From: Gnetum montanum
Lineage: Eukaryota > Plantae > Gnetophyta
Direction: 5' to 3'
DNA: 61,250 nt
Assembly (NCBI GenBank): GCA_015680685.1
Contig: MNCI01002250.1
Coordinates: 841,611 to 902,860 of the forward strand
Each line of letters begins with the position of its first letter. The first letter of the stretch is position 1. Shown here piece after piece: positions 24,749-37,199 of this stretch. A model generated the notes under the pieces. That model ran no database searches, was not told the origin of the DNA, and saw nothing but the letters and a program-made list of their open reading frames with translations. The position numbers and the translations under genes are program-made.

Positions 24749-24783
24749 TGACGTGTGGCATTCAAATCCCCATTGCACCTACC
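24749..24783 (+). promoter_or_regulatory. Adjacent ACGT element and MYB-recognition (AC) element upstream of gene 2
   Basis: TGACGTGTGG (24749-24758) and CACCTACC (24776-24783), about 520 bp upstream of the ATG; motif match only. Confidence 0.45.
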
Positions 24784-25189
24784 TGAAAATTATGTATAAG
24801 TGAAATCAATTGTGCGGTGGTTCGCTGGTTTGTGGTTTGTGTGTATGGCTTGGAAAATCAAATGGCCATGGTTAGCTATACCAACAAGAAATCATAGCAA
24901 CAGTAACTCAGGTACAAATAACATAGTTTAGTCAGCATCGTAAAAATAACATAGTTTAATCCGCATCGTAAAACATCGATTACTATCTTAGATTTGGTGC
25001 TCCAGTAAGCGAGCAACTAAACGCCTATATTATGCCACATCACAAGAACAGAAAATCAGATCAGCAATCACTGAAGTCTTTGAAACCGTCTCGCAATGTC
25101 TGCATCAAACCAAAAAATTCAGCAACGTATTTTTGAATCTGCAGTCAATTAAATCATGCTGAATCAAGGATGGTCCTGCTTGAGAGCTC

Positions 25190-25196
25190 TATAAAT
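25190..25196 (+). promoter_or_regulatory. TATA box of gene 2
   Basis: TATAAAT lies 107 bp upstream of the ATG, in a block conserved among the three paralogs. Confidence 0.6.
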
Positions 25197-25296
25197 CAGG
25201 CCTGCGGCTGCGATAGGCATTGCAGAATTAACAGAACGAAAGTAAGAGACCCGGAGCTCAAACTTTCAATTATCAGATCATCCGACTGAGAACGCT

Positions 25297-27051
25297 ATGG
25301 CGATGGAGAAAGAAACAGTGAGAGTGCAACCACTGGCAGAAAGATTGACAACAAAGGGCAACTGTGGCTCTCTACCATTGCCGGCGCAATATGTGCAGTC
25401 GGAGGTCGAGAGGGTGCCGGCGGTGTCCGGAAGTGTGCCGGTGATTGATGTATCCCTTCTCCACGGCACGGCGGAGGAGCGCAAAGAAACAGTGAACCGG
25501 ATCGGTGCTGCGTGCCGTGAATGGGGAATCTTCTTCGCCGTGAACCACGGCGTCTCTGGCAAGCTCCTCCAGGAGGTCCGGACCATGGCTGAGGCATTTT
25601 TCCAACTTCCGCAGGCGGAGAAGGAGGCCTACAAAGCACATCGGACGCCGGGGAAGACGGTGGCAGAAGGTTATGCCACCACCGCAGACGGTTATGGCAG
25701 CACCCCGAGCACCGACACGACCCGGAAACTAGGCTGGGTTGATTACTACTTTCATTTGCTTGCGCCTCCTTCGCAGGTTAACCATGCCCTTTGGCCTGGT
25801 CACCATCCTCGCTACCGGTAGTATTTTTATGCTATATGAATTCTTGCTCACCATTCACCTCTTTGAAAAGCTTTGAAAAGCTTTAAACCTTCATCTGTCT
25901 TTAATTTTTAATTGTTGTATTGATTTTCCTTAAAGAATGATGCAATGCTTAAACCATCTTAAACATCCAACCTTTTTTTAATAAGCTGTCATCCGCTTTG
26001 TAGAGTTCAAATCATCTAATACATCATTGGCGTAACTTATATGAGTTGTAAAGCTACTTAATCTTTTTCTATGATATCTTTTGGGTTTTTTTCCTTGCTG
26101 TGATTTATTTTTCCCATATCTTATGTCTTTGGGTTTCTGAAAAGACTGATGTAGCAATTTCTTTAACAGGCTTTGCAGTCTAAACCATCTACAAAATAAA
26201 TTAGTCTCTCATCTGCTTTGCACAATCCAACCATTTAATACACCGTTCCTGTAACTAACAGGAATTCTGAAGACATTCATTTTTTTCCTATGCATCTTTC
26301 TCTTTTTCTCCCTTTTAATGATTTTCTTGAAACAATAAGGTAGCAACCTTTTTCCTCACCTCATGTGCTATCCATAATCCAAGCTATCTGAACCAAAAAA
26401 GGCCACTTCCAGTCTTACTCTCTCTGAAGTCTATGCATAATTTCACATCACGAACAAGGCTTCTTACACAGTTACCTGATATGCAGGGAGACAATGGAGA
26501 AGTACAACGATAACCTAAAACCAGTAGCAAAGGCACTGATGGAAGCCATGGATGAGCACCTGGGTGTTAACTCCGGTAGCCTTGCAAAGGCCATGGGAGG
26601 CATGGACGCCATGGATGTGCTACTGAAACTGAGCTACTACCCACCATGCCCACGTCCAGACCTGGTTTTCGGCGTGACACCGCACACAGATGTGGCAGCA
26701 CTAACTCTGCTACTGACCAACGGTGTCCCCGGACTCAACGTGCGTCGCAGTGACGGTGTCTGGGTTACCGTGGAGGGCCCCGGGCTGGCCGACGGATCGC
26801 TGATTGTGCATATCGGCGACCAACTTAAGATTGCCTCAGCTGGTGCATTCTGCAATGCCCTCCACCGGAGCACCGTGGAGAGTGACCGTGTCCGGATGTC
26901 ATGGCCCGTTTTCTACATGCCGTCGCCTGACACCGTGGTTGAGCCGCTGCCAGAGCTCCTCGGCCAGAGCTCGCTTTCGCCGGAGTTTACCCCGTTGCCT
27001 TACCGTGAATTCATGCATCTCAAGCTCAGCAAAAAGCTCACCTGGATCTAA
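25297..27051 (+). CDS. FLS: FLS/ANS-like 2OG-Fe(II) dioxygenase, copy 2 (most divergent paralog); join(25297..25817,26487..27051), 361 aa
   Basis: Same structure: intron CG|GTAGTA...TGCAG|G (25818-26486, 669 nt). HTD, LHRS and RMSWPVF motifs intact; no stops or frameshifts after splicing. Confidence 0.92.
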
Positions 27052-28360
27052 CCCATGATGATAATAAGGGTCCTGGTGCAGTTAATAAGTTAATTAGCAT
27101 GATGTTGTGAATTAGGATAGGGTCTGGGTTAAATGCTTTGGAGGGTAGCACATGTTTGACGAATCAATGCTACCCTACTCTTACATGAAGATCATAAATC
27201 ATAATAAAGACTTCCTGAATGTTATCATATCCAATCTAATGTTAGCTTCCCATTTCTAAGGTATTCTATGCCAATATTCCACGATTTTGGGCACCTGCAA
27301 GGAACTATCATTTTTGCTTTTATGTAACATATTCGGTAAACTACCCTTCAAAATTTGCAATACCAACAAAAACGATATTAAGTTGCAAAATGCTTCCGCT
27401 GCTTTAGACGCTTAGTCAAACTTTGACGAAACGTTTTTCGGACCTGAAACATAAAATAGTATTCACACCAAATTTCAAAAGCAATGTCTGTCTGCTAGTG
27501 GGCATAGTCAACACAAAGGACGCAGACCGTGACATGCCCAAGAAACTCTGGTTCGCCTTGCAACCGTCAATTTTGAAAAGGAGGCCCCTGCGTTAAAAAC
27601 TTTAGAAGCCATCTTGTATTACTGCATCTGTCGTCGTTAGATTTGACCGAGTAAAGTCACAAGATTTTCTGCCCCAAGGAAATGAGGCACTGCCACTATG
27701 CATGGTAATAACGGTTAAGATTACTTCGGACCTTACCTTCTAAAGTGATCATAAAGTGATCATATACGCTAAATAAGTTTGGTGGCTTTCAATTCTTGCT
27801 TGTTGAAACCAAAGCTCCAGCACAAGGGAAGCCCCTCAAGACTTAACAAATATTGAAATGGACATGGATAGTAATTATAACAATGTTGAAATCACTATAA
27901 TAGAGAAGAGTGGGACTTTGCAATGGACACCAATCATCATAAAACCAAACCTCAAAGCGATGTGGGTTGATGATGCCATTCACGTGCAATTTGACATTCA
28001 ATTACAAATAAGAATCACTGACTTAGGTCTCCTATGTGACCAAACCACCACTCAACATTTCATGTGGATAGATTCAACAACCTTAATTTGAGTGTTTCAA
28101 TTGGGTGGTGGAAGTAGTGCAAGGGTTGGAAGGAAGATTCTTAATTTTGGATAATCCTCATGGTATCCATGTTCTAACAAAGTGGATTGGTTACCTATGT
28201 ACTAAGAGCAAAATCCTTATGTGATTGTCATTTTAATGCTGGGGGGTGGGTTTCGACCCCGAAAAGAAGTTTTATTGAAATTAAAGGTGCATCAATTACA
28301 ACAACTTGAATAAGGCATAGGGTTAAGGGGAAGGGAAAACTGAGAGCATTGTGAATGAAA

Positions 28361-28671
28361 CTCAGGAAACGCCTTATAAATAAACGAGTATTAAGGGAAG
28401 AAACCCAAGTTGGGGAACAACCAAATGTCCACACATACTGGCTTGTTACAAAATAGAATGACATAGAATTAGATGAGGCAAAGAGCTCTCAATTAAGGAT
28501 AGAAAGTTCCAATGGTGACTCCACATAATGAAAAGGGAAAGCTTCCTTGCAGAGATTACTGATGCTACGTGTAATTGGAACACACAGGTCTTTCCCATAG
28601 GTGCAAGAGATGAACCAATTGATGATTGTCTAGATTGAACTTGGATGCTTGAGATGTGAGTTGAAAATGGG
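28361..28671 (+). repeat. Near-identical 311-bp repeat, also at 60940-61250; unclassified
   Basis: One mismatch seen by eye (GTCCACA/GTCGACA); one copy runs into an N gap and the other into the window edge. Confidence 0.85.
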
Positions 28672-28777
28672 TGAGGCNNNNNNNNNNNNNNNNNNNNNNN
28701 NNNNNNNNNNNNNNNNNNNNNNNNNNNNNNNNNNNNNNNNNNNNNNNNNNNNNNNNNNNNNNNNNNNNNNNNNNNNN

Positions 28778-29900
28778 CTATCTTCCCAGACTTACTTGTT
28801 GTTGTCATGGTGTATGGTNNNNNNNNNNNNNNNNNNNNNNNNNNNNNNNNNNNNNNNNNNNNNNNNNNNNNNNNNNNNNNNNNNNNNNNNNNNNNNNNNN
28901 NNNNNNNNNNNNNNNNNNNNNNNNNNNNNNNNNNNNNNNNNNNNNNNNNNNNNNNNNNNNNNNNNNNNNNNNNNNNNNNNNNNNNNNNNNNNNNNNNNNN
29001 NNNNNNNNNNNNNNNNNNNNNNNNNNNNNNNNNNNNNNNNNNNNNNNNNNNNNNNNNNNNNNNNNNNNNNNNNNNNNNNNNNNNNNNNNNNNNNNNNNNN
29101 NNNNNNNNNNNNNNNNNNNNNNNNNNNNNNNNNNNNNNNNNNNNNNNNNNNNNNNNNNNNNNNNNNNNNNNNNNNNNNNNNNNNNNNNNNNNNNNNNNNN
29201 NNNNNNNNNNNNNNNNNNNNNNNNNNNNNNNNNNNNNNNNNNNNNNNNNNNNNNNNNNNNNNNNNNNNGATTTAGCTTAAGTGTGATAAGCAGCCGATTC
29301 CTTAGCTAGCCGTACACACCCGTGGGTGCTCGTAACTAGGTCGTACTTATCCCACGTTCTAGGAGTTGAGGGTGAGAGAGNTTTTATATAAAATGTATAA
29401 GCATGTTATCTAGAATATAGAAATGAAATACTTTATTATGCCCTTGCAGACACTTCAAAGGGTTTATAACACCAAAAGACTAGAAAAGAAGAAAGAATTA
29501 AAAAGCTTTTGCATAATTTCTATGATATTGTACAAATTTATTTTATATATTATATGGAATGTAATTTTAGTAAAATGATACTTGATAAAAAAAANGGGCA
29601 CATGGAAAATATTCCATCTCTGGGGTGGTCAATCCGCTAGAGCTTCGATACTTTACGCCTAGGATGTGGAATAATGGGAGTGTTGCCTCTTATTTATAGA
29701 TTTGGCGGCAGACCACGATATNAACAAAGACAAATTAATAGTCTAATGATGTTTTGTGTGATAAAAGACTCATAGNGGGACGACACGATATCGCGTAGGT
29801 GATATCACGTACGCAATATCGCATACGTGATATCGCAGGGGATGACGCGATATCGCGTATGCGATATCGCATACGGCCCATGCAATATCGCATCTCATCA
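28778..29900 (-). mobile_element. Third, poorly assembled copy of the younger LTR family
   Basis: Fragments match 8467-8505 and 11780-11865 plus the CGATATCG array, ending CTCATCA at 29900; broken by N runs and misplaced contig pieces. Confidence 0.75.
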
Positions 29901-32899
29901 GTGGAGGAGACACAAGAGGAACTACTTAATTTTGGGGAGGGTCAAAAGTTTCTAGATATGTTGGAAGAGAGGGATCCAAAATGTTTTTGACTCTTGTTTG
30001 TGCCATTACTTATTGCAATGTTGAATGACTNCCCAGAGAATAGATGTATCATCTTCATTCTGTGTGTCTTTTTGTTAGTGACTTTGTTAGAATAGTGATA
30101 TAGCAAATCATCGTTTTTTTTTAAATTCATTATCTAGTTTTCTTTGAATTTGATGAAACCATCTTGTATCTTATACTCCAAGCCTTCCTCCAAGATGCAG
30201 TTTATATCCTTTTTTAACATTCAATATTCATAACTAAACTAGTATTGATTTGCAGTTCAAATCATTTTTTCATATAGCAAGCTTAATTTCTATTTTATAA
30301 AATTTTCCTATGAGTCTTTTATCACACAAAACATCATTAGACTATTAATTTGTATTTTTTTGTTCACTAGTCTATCTTAGTCTTATTTATTATATCTTTA
30401 TCAATTTTATTTCTATTTTTAAGTGAGAGGCCTTTTTATCTAAAACTATTTCTTTTTTTTTATCAAGTATCATTTTACTAAAATTACATTCCATATAATA
30501 TATAAAATAAATTTGTAAAATATCATAGAAATTATGCAAAAGCTTTTTAATTCTTTCTTCTTTTCTAGTCTTTTGGTGTTATAAACCCTTTGAAGTGTCT
30601 GCAAGGGCATAACAAAGTATTTCATTTCTATATTCTAGATAACATGCTTATACATTTTATATAAAATATAGTTTTATCTTAGATTATTTTTATTAGATTT
30701 CTATTTCTTTTAACTTTAAGCCATTACACATTAATTCAAATAATAATAAATTAGCATGTTTCTTACATGAATTTTAAAGGAAATAATAGAAAATTATGAT
30801 TATATTAGCACTACCTTTCCTTGGTCATGGTATTAAGGCCTAAGAAGTGACTTTAAAGATTAGTTGATGAAGTGTTCCTTGTAATTTGTTGTTATAATTT
30901 TTTTCTACTCTACAGCTACTTTTTCCCTACAAATTTGATCCAGCAAGTTTGAAATGTGGAGGTACAAAACAAGGTTATACTTGCAATGGCATGGAATTAG
31001 GCATGAAAGCAATTTTAATAAGAGAAAACTCAAATGAATACAAAAATAGACATTGTAATATTTAAAAGGTAATTTTGCATTGTTTTAATTTATTACATTT
31101 GTATCAAAATCTATTTAGTAAATTTAATAGATCTCTTCCTACGCTATAAAATTTCTAAGCTTCATTTTTATAATTTTGTATTAAATGTTAAATTTAATGG
31201 ACCTCTTCCTACTCTTTTCTTTTAATTAAGACAAGAAGTAACCAATCTACAAGAATTGAAATCTCCTTATCTATAAGGGATCCCATAAATCATCAAGAAA
31301 CATGTTCCTTGGATCCTCCTAGAATGGCAAAGAAGATTGACATAATTCCAAAGAAGATTGATTTTGAAAAATATCAATTTTTTATTGAAAATAAATATTC
31401 AAGTTTCATTGTAAGATAGTTGATTTTCAAATATCTATATCTCCTATATTTGTTTGTATTCTAAAGACAATTCACTTTCAAAAAGTGTAAGCTTTTTCAA
31501 TATTCATCAACGTTCATCTCTTCATCATTCATCATCAACATTAAGCAATTCATCAATTTTGTTCATCATCATTTCATTAACATTATTCAACATCATTATC
31601 ATTATTTCTCATTTATTTAAATCATTAATCTATTAAAAATTCACTATTCATTGAACATTCTTATTACATCTTATCTCCAACTAGTTCTAAGTTTGAATTT
31701 CATATTTAGATTTAATCATTTCATCAAAGCTCTAGGGTGTCATCAACCTTCCTTGCATTTCAACAAGTCAAAAATCCACATTAGGGTTACTCTTGTGTTA
31801 AAAAATGTTAACCATTGAATNNNNNNNNNNNNNNNNNNNNNNNNNNNNNNNNNNNNNNNCCTCTTCCTACTCTTTTCTTTTAATTAAGACAAGAAGTAAC
31901 CAATCTACAAGAATTGAAATCTCCTTATCTATAAGGGATCCCATAAATCATCAAGAAACATGTTCCTTGGATCCTCCTAGAATGGCAAAGAAGATTGACA
32001 TAATTCCAAAGAAGATTGATTTTGAAAAATATCAATTTTTTATTGAAAATAAATATTCAAGTTTCATTGTAAGATAGTTGATTTTCAAATATCTATATCT
32101 CCTATATTTGTTTGTATTCTAAAGACAAATCACTTTCAAAAAGTGTAAGCTTTTTCAATATTCATCAACATTCATCATCAACATTAAGCAATTCATCAAT
32201 TTCGTTCATCATCATTTCATTAACAATANCAATATTCATCAACGTTCATCTCTTCATCATTCATCATCAACATTAAGCAATTCATCAATTTTGTTCATCA
32301 TCATTTCATTAACATTATTCAACATCATTATCATTATTTCTCATTTATTTAAATCATTAATCTATTAAAAATTCACTATTCATTGAACATTCTTATTACA
32401 TCTTATCTCCAACTAGTTCTAAGTTTGAATTTCATATTTAGATTTAATCATTTCATCAAAGCTCTAGGGTGTCATCAACCTTCCTTGCATTTCAACAAGT
32501 CAAAAATCCACATTAGGGTTACTCTTGTGTTAAAAAATGTTAACCATTGAATAAAGATTATCCAAAGGGTTTTATATTTAAGTTTTTATTCAGTCCATAA
32601 CTCTCTTGGATTGTAAAGATATTCATCCCACAAATCACCAATTTTAATTCTAAATGCTCAATAGTTCTATCCAATACCAATTTTTTTAATCCAAATTTGA
32701 ATCACTAAATAAATTTTAATTGATCTAAAATCTTAAAGGATTATACATTGTAGAAGAAGCTTTCTGATAAGCCCAACATCAATTGAAAACTCATTTGGAT
32801 CATAGAGTTATCACACTTTCAAAATTAGGAAAAATATTAGTTTTTTATAGTTGGATCACCCTTATTGATCTAGTCATCCCCTCTATTCTAAATCAGTGT

Positions 32900-33900
32900 T
32901 GGTCATGTCATCTTATTCAACGAATTACCCTTACTATGAAATTCATCAAAAATGTAACTCAAAATAACTTCATAATGAATTTTCCAAATAGAATAAAGAA
33001 CAAGAGGTTAAAAACACTTATATATGTAAAGAAAGAAAATAGACAATGTAGGTTGATAATCAAAATTGATATTGTTAATGTTTCATTCAAAGTTATTCTA
33101 GATCATAGAAATATAATTTTAAGCATGTTGTGCAATTGGGCACTAATAAAAACCCTATGAAGATGAGTTTTCAATATTGCAAAAAGGACATGGAAGAGAA
33201 ATAAATCCCATTTACTAGATACATTCAATACATAAGCTTGAATCAAAAAGGTAGATTTAATGGTTTTTAAGACTATGATAGAAATTATAAATGTTTAGGT
33301 AATTGAAGATTTATGTAAAATTTATAGATAACATGACATAGCGATAACATTCAAAATAAAGACTGAGAAAGAGGTAATTATGATGCAACTTTTATAAATA
33401 AAGGAAGAAAATTTAGAAAAAATGTCTAGCCTTAAAAGTTTTATTAATGTTTTAAAAATTTAAATTGTATAAGATGTCAAGTAATGTAGAAAGTTAAAAC
33501 TTCAAAATAACATGAAAAGAAAAGCTCATTAGTTTTAGGAATGTTGATCAAGGTGTTCATCTTTGAAACTAATCCTAAAATCTCAAAAGAATAAAATTAA
33601 CTGAAAGTGAAGAGATAACATCTACCTTGACAAATTTCACATTCCTCTATGTTAAGAATTAACTTAAAAGATAGGAGTCTACGAAAGCTAAATCTTCTAA
33701 TCTCAAGGTTTGAAAATGTTAAAAATATAGGTTGCAAGTTCATCGTGACATGTAATAGGTCAAGATAAGTAGTGTAACCTAATAGTGACCTCAATGCAAG
33801 TTGTATCAAAAGAAAAATTTGCAAAACAACAACAAGTCTATTAGAGTTTGGTTTTACATCTCTTGGACAATCGTACAATACCAAGATCTTTCTCTATGAA
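32900..33900 (-). mobile_element. Degenerate LINE (L1-like) ORF2 C-terminal remnant
   Basis: Minus-strand translation gives CPFCNIEN...FY*CPIAQHA*NYI (decayed zf-RVT-like zinc finger) followed by LVLYSIWKIH, resembling the IWxxR motif of L1 ORF2. Confidence 0.5.
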
Positions 33901-35576
33901 AATAGTTAATAGAGAATTTGACTATTTAACAAATTTATAATCTTGAATGTAATTGGCATTCTTCATATTAACATTGCTTCATATTCTATAATCTTTTCTG
34001 AATTGACTTTATTCTTAGCTAGTTTATTACAAATTTAGCTCTTCTCATCTTTACCAGGGATTGCTTCATTAGTTAGACTTTACAAAATATTTCTTCATAA
34101 GTCTTTCTTTCTTTACATTACTACTATAATTTTCTATATGACCTTCCCTTCTTATTTAAAAAACTAAACTAGATTATGTATGGCACTTCTTTAATCTTCT
34201 CTTCTTATTTAAGAAACTAGATCCTAGTGTCACAAAGATATGTTTCTTATCTCTTGTAATCCTTCCTTCTTAAATTTGAGTTACTTCTCTAACCTTTTGG
34301 TTGTACTGCGCGGGTGCTCATTATAAATTTTGTGTTTCATAATGAATTCTTCATTTCTTCATCTGACAACTTCCTCTTCATCACTATGTGTATTGAAACT
34401 TATATAGGTCTCATGTTTCTTCTTTATTTTTTTTATGTTTTTCTTCTTTTAATAATCCATTTATTCTTGTTGGTCTTAATATTCTACACTTTTCTCTCTC
34501 TTCATGTTGTTCCTTCTATTCACACCTCTAACTTGTTCTTAGCTTTCTTATGTTTTATAGAAAGGTTGTGAAGGTTCCTAGGTTATAAATTGCATCTTCT
34601 CATTATGAATTGATGAAGAATGGTTACAAATGGTCTTGAATGATTACAAAATAATGATTGTACAATTCTTAACTTGTGTAGTTCAACATTCCCCTTCAAG
34701 CATTAGTTTCATAACTTCATTTGTTATTTCTTGTGATGTCATTTAGTGAAAATGATTGATTATAAGTGTATAACACTTTATGGTGTCCTGTCACAAATAA
34801 TTATACATTTGTAAAAACTGATGGAATTACTCCCTTTCACTTATGAATTCATAAAAAGAGCAAATGATATTAATCTCTATAATGACATTATTTTCTCAAT
34901 GCAACATTACATCATGGAGTTCCACTATGAGGAATGGACAAAGTGCATTCCATCTCAATTAGAAGAGAGGAGGGAGGCTTTAGTACAAATGATGATTCCA
35001 TAGCTTAAGATTATCCTTTAGTAGCAGTAATTGTTTTAGATGATGATGTAGGAGGATGATCACTAATGTGCTGAAGAACTTTTGCAATGGCTATCTTAAT
35101 TGATGTTTCTAAAGTTGGTAAAGGCTAAACTTCAAGCTACTTTGGATTCATGGTCATCTTTAAGAGCCACATCTCTTTTCATAGCTATGCAAGTATATCT
35201 TGATATGTAATGACTTTGTCCTCTGTTACACTTAACTTCAAACAGTATTCCTTAGCCAGTGTACTTGCTACATTTATATACTCTTTAGCTTTTTAGATAT
35301 TTATGTACAATGCCTAATGCTCTCCTACAAGTTCTTGATTATTCTTACTTTAGTTATGAATTTTTACGACTAAGATCTTTTAACTCTTGTTTGTGTTATT
35401 CCTTCATCTTTGTAATCTCTATTGATGATCACAAGTGTTCACTAGTTGTATCTTAGGCCTAATTTATTTCTTGTATCATTCCATAGTTAAGTAATAAGCA
35501 AAGTTTTTACTTAACTCGCTCCCTAATCCAGTAGTTGTATCTTAGGCCTAATTTATTTCTTGTATCATTCCATAGT

Positions 35577-35986
35577 TGATGAGCAGTGAGTAGTCCCTAC
35601 CCCTAACCATACATATCACAAGTTTTCACTAGTAATCTGGTTGAATTCTGTGGACTTTATCTCTCTAAATGCCAATAGCAAAGATAGTGACCTATGAACA
35701 TGATCATTGTCTTCTTGACTTTACTTGTGTAGGTGCAAGTGTATGGTTAAGTGGAAGCCAAGATACATGATTTTTTATTAATTTTATATTTTATGTGATT
35801 ATCCTAAGTGTGAAATAAAGTAGTTAATTGTGTATTAATCTAAGTAACTATCTAATGCCTTAGTTTACTTCTTAACATAAGTATCCAAGCCCCCCTTCCA
35901 TACGCATCCTGAACTCATTATGATGCTACTGGGTTACCAAGTGTTAAGCTACTAGGCATACCAAGCAATAACACTACTTGGATTAT
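35577..35986 (-). repeat. 3'-terminal LTR fragment (element A/C type) interrupted by element B
   Basis: Reverse-complement homolog of ~7735-8153; starts TGATGAGCAG and is cut where the element B LTR begins. Confidence 0.75.
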
Positions 35987-37199
35987 TGATGAGTAATGAA
36001 GGTACCCCTACACTCAACCATATGAATCAGTAAGCATTCATGCATGAGCAACCAAGTTCCATAGACTCTATGTCTTTCAGTACACTAGTCTTCTAGGAAG
36101 TGAACCTTGTCCTAATTGTCATTCATTGTCTTCCTAATTACACTTGTGATATACAAAGGTATGGTTAAATGTAATCGAGGCATATGATTTTTATTGTTTT
36201 ATGTTTTATGTTTCTTGGTATTTAAAGAGAGAGATGGAGTGGTTTAATAACTAATCTAGTTTAACTACTTGATGAATCTTTAACTAGTCCTAACATAAGC
36301 ATCTGGTCCCACTTTTTGTACATGTCTTGAACCAATGTATCCATTGCTAGGTTACCAAGTGCTATGCTATTGGGCAAACCAAGCAATAACACTACTAAGA
36401 TTACGAAGCAAATATATGTTTATGCTCAAAGAAATCATACTTATGTGCTTAATCTACTTAGCTTAATTAATTAACTACTTACTTAAATTTTAATTAAGCT
36501 TAATTAATTGCATTTTAAGGAAAATAATAACTGCATAAATAAATCATTAATTTGTTCTAAGTGTTGTAAGGTTTGATTAAATGGCTTGTATTTATTACCA
36601 TACACACTGCTGTGGTTCAAGTACAACAATGCTTGAATAAAGATTCGTACACTTTCTAACTCCTACTGTAGGTACTCAGAGAAATATTCTAACTTTCAAA
36701 TGGAAAAACTGCAAGAGCTTTGCTACAACTATGACTTGACTACCCTTAAACATGGTTGTAAGCTTGTATTTATAGTTTTTATTATAGAGCTACATCGATA
36801 GGGCCTCGTAGATGTTGTAAATGCTACATCGGTGTGGCCCTGTCAACGAGGCGACACCACGTAGATGGAAGCCCATTAATGAGGCCATGTTAATATGACA
36901 CTTTGACACTCATCATACCCCCACAACTAAATGAAAAATCGTCCTTGAGTTCCTTTACAAATTTGGGAAGGTATGGGATTATTGACTAACTCTTGACACA
37001 ATAAACAAACTCACTTGACAAAATTGAGTTCTCAAGTGGACAAATCAACACATTACAAAAATTGTGATGTTCATGACAAAAAATTGAACACCATGACATG
37101 ACTATACAAAATTGCATAGTACATCCTATGATGGCATGAAGGTGGTGGAGAGGATTAGATAGTCCTAGCTAGTGGAGGTTCTTAAGGTTCTGAAGGACC

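Noticed and set aside
28446-29309. Long ORFs in the ORF track
   Set aside because: They are open only because they cross N runs; the same applies to 12007-12435.
29381-29776. Inverted copies of parts of 30310-30665 inside the third young LTR
   Set aside because: The segments are bounded by single Ns and nearly identical to nearby sequence; likely a gap-filling artefact.
29900-31200. AT-rich stretch (and 33900-35440) as further transposon remnants
   Set aside because: Probably decayed repeat DNA, but I could not find a diagnostic motif, terminus or TSD.
31200-32550. Near-perfect ~620-bp tandem duplication
   Set aside because: The copies flank an N gap and include a single-N join; this looks like unmerged contig overlap.
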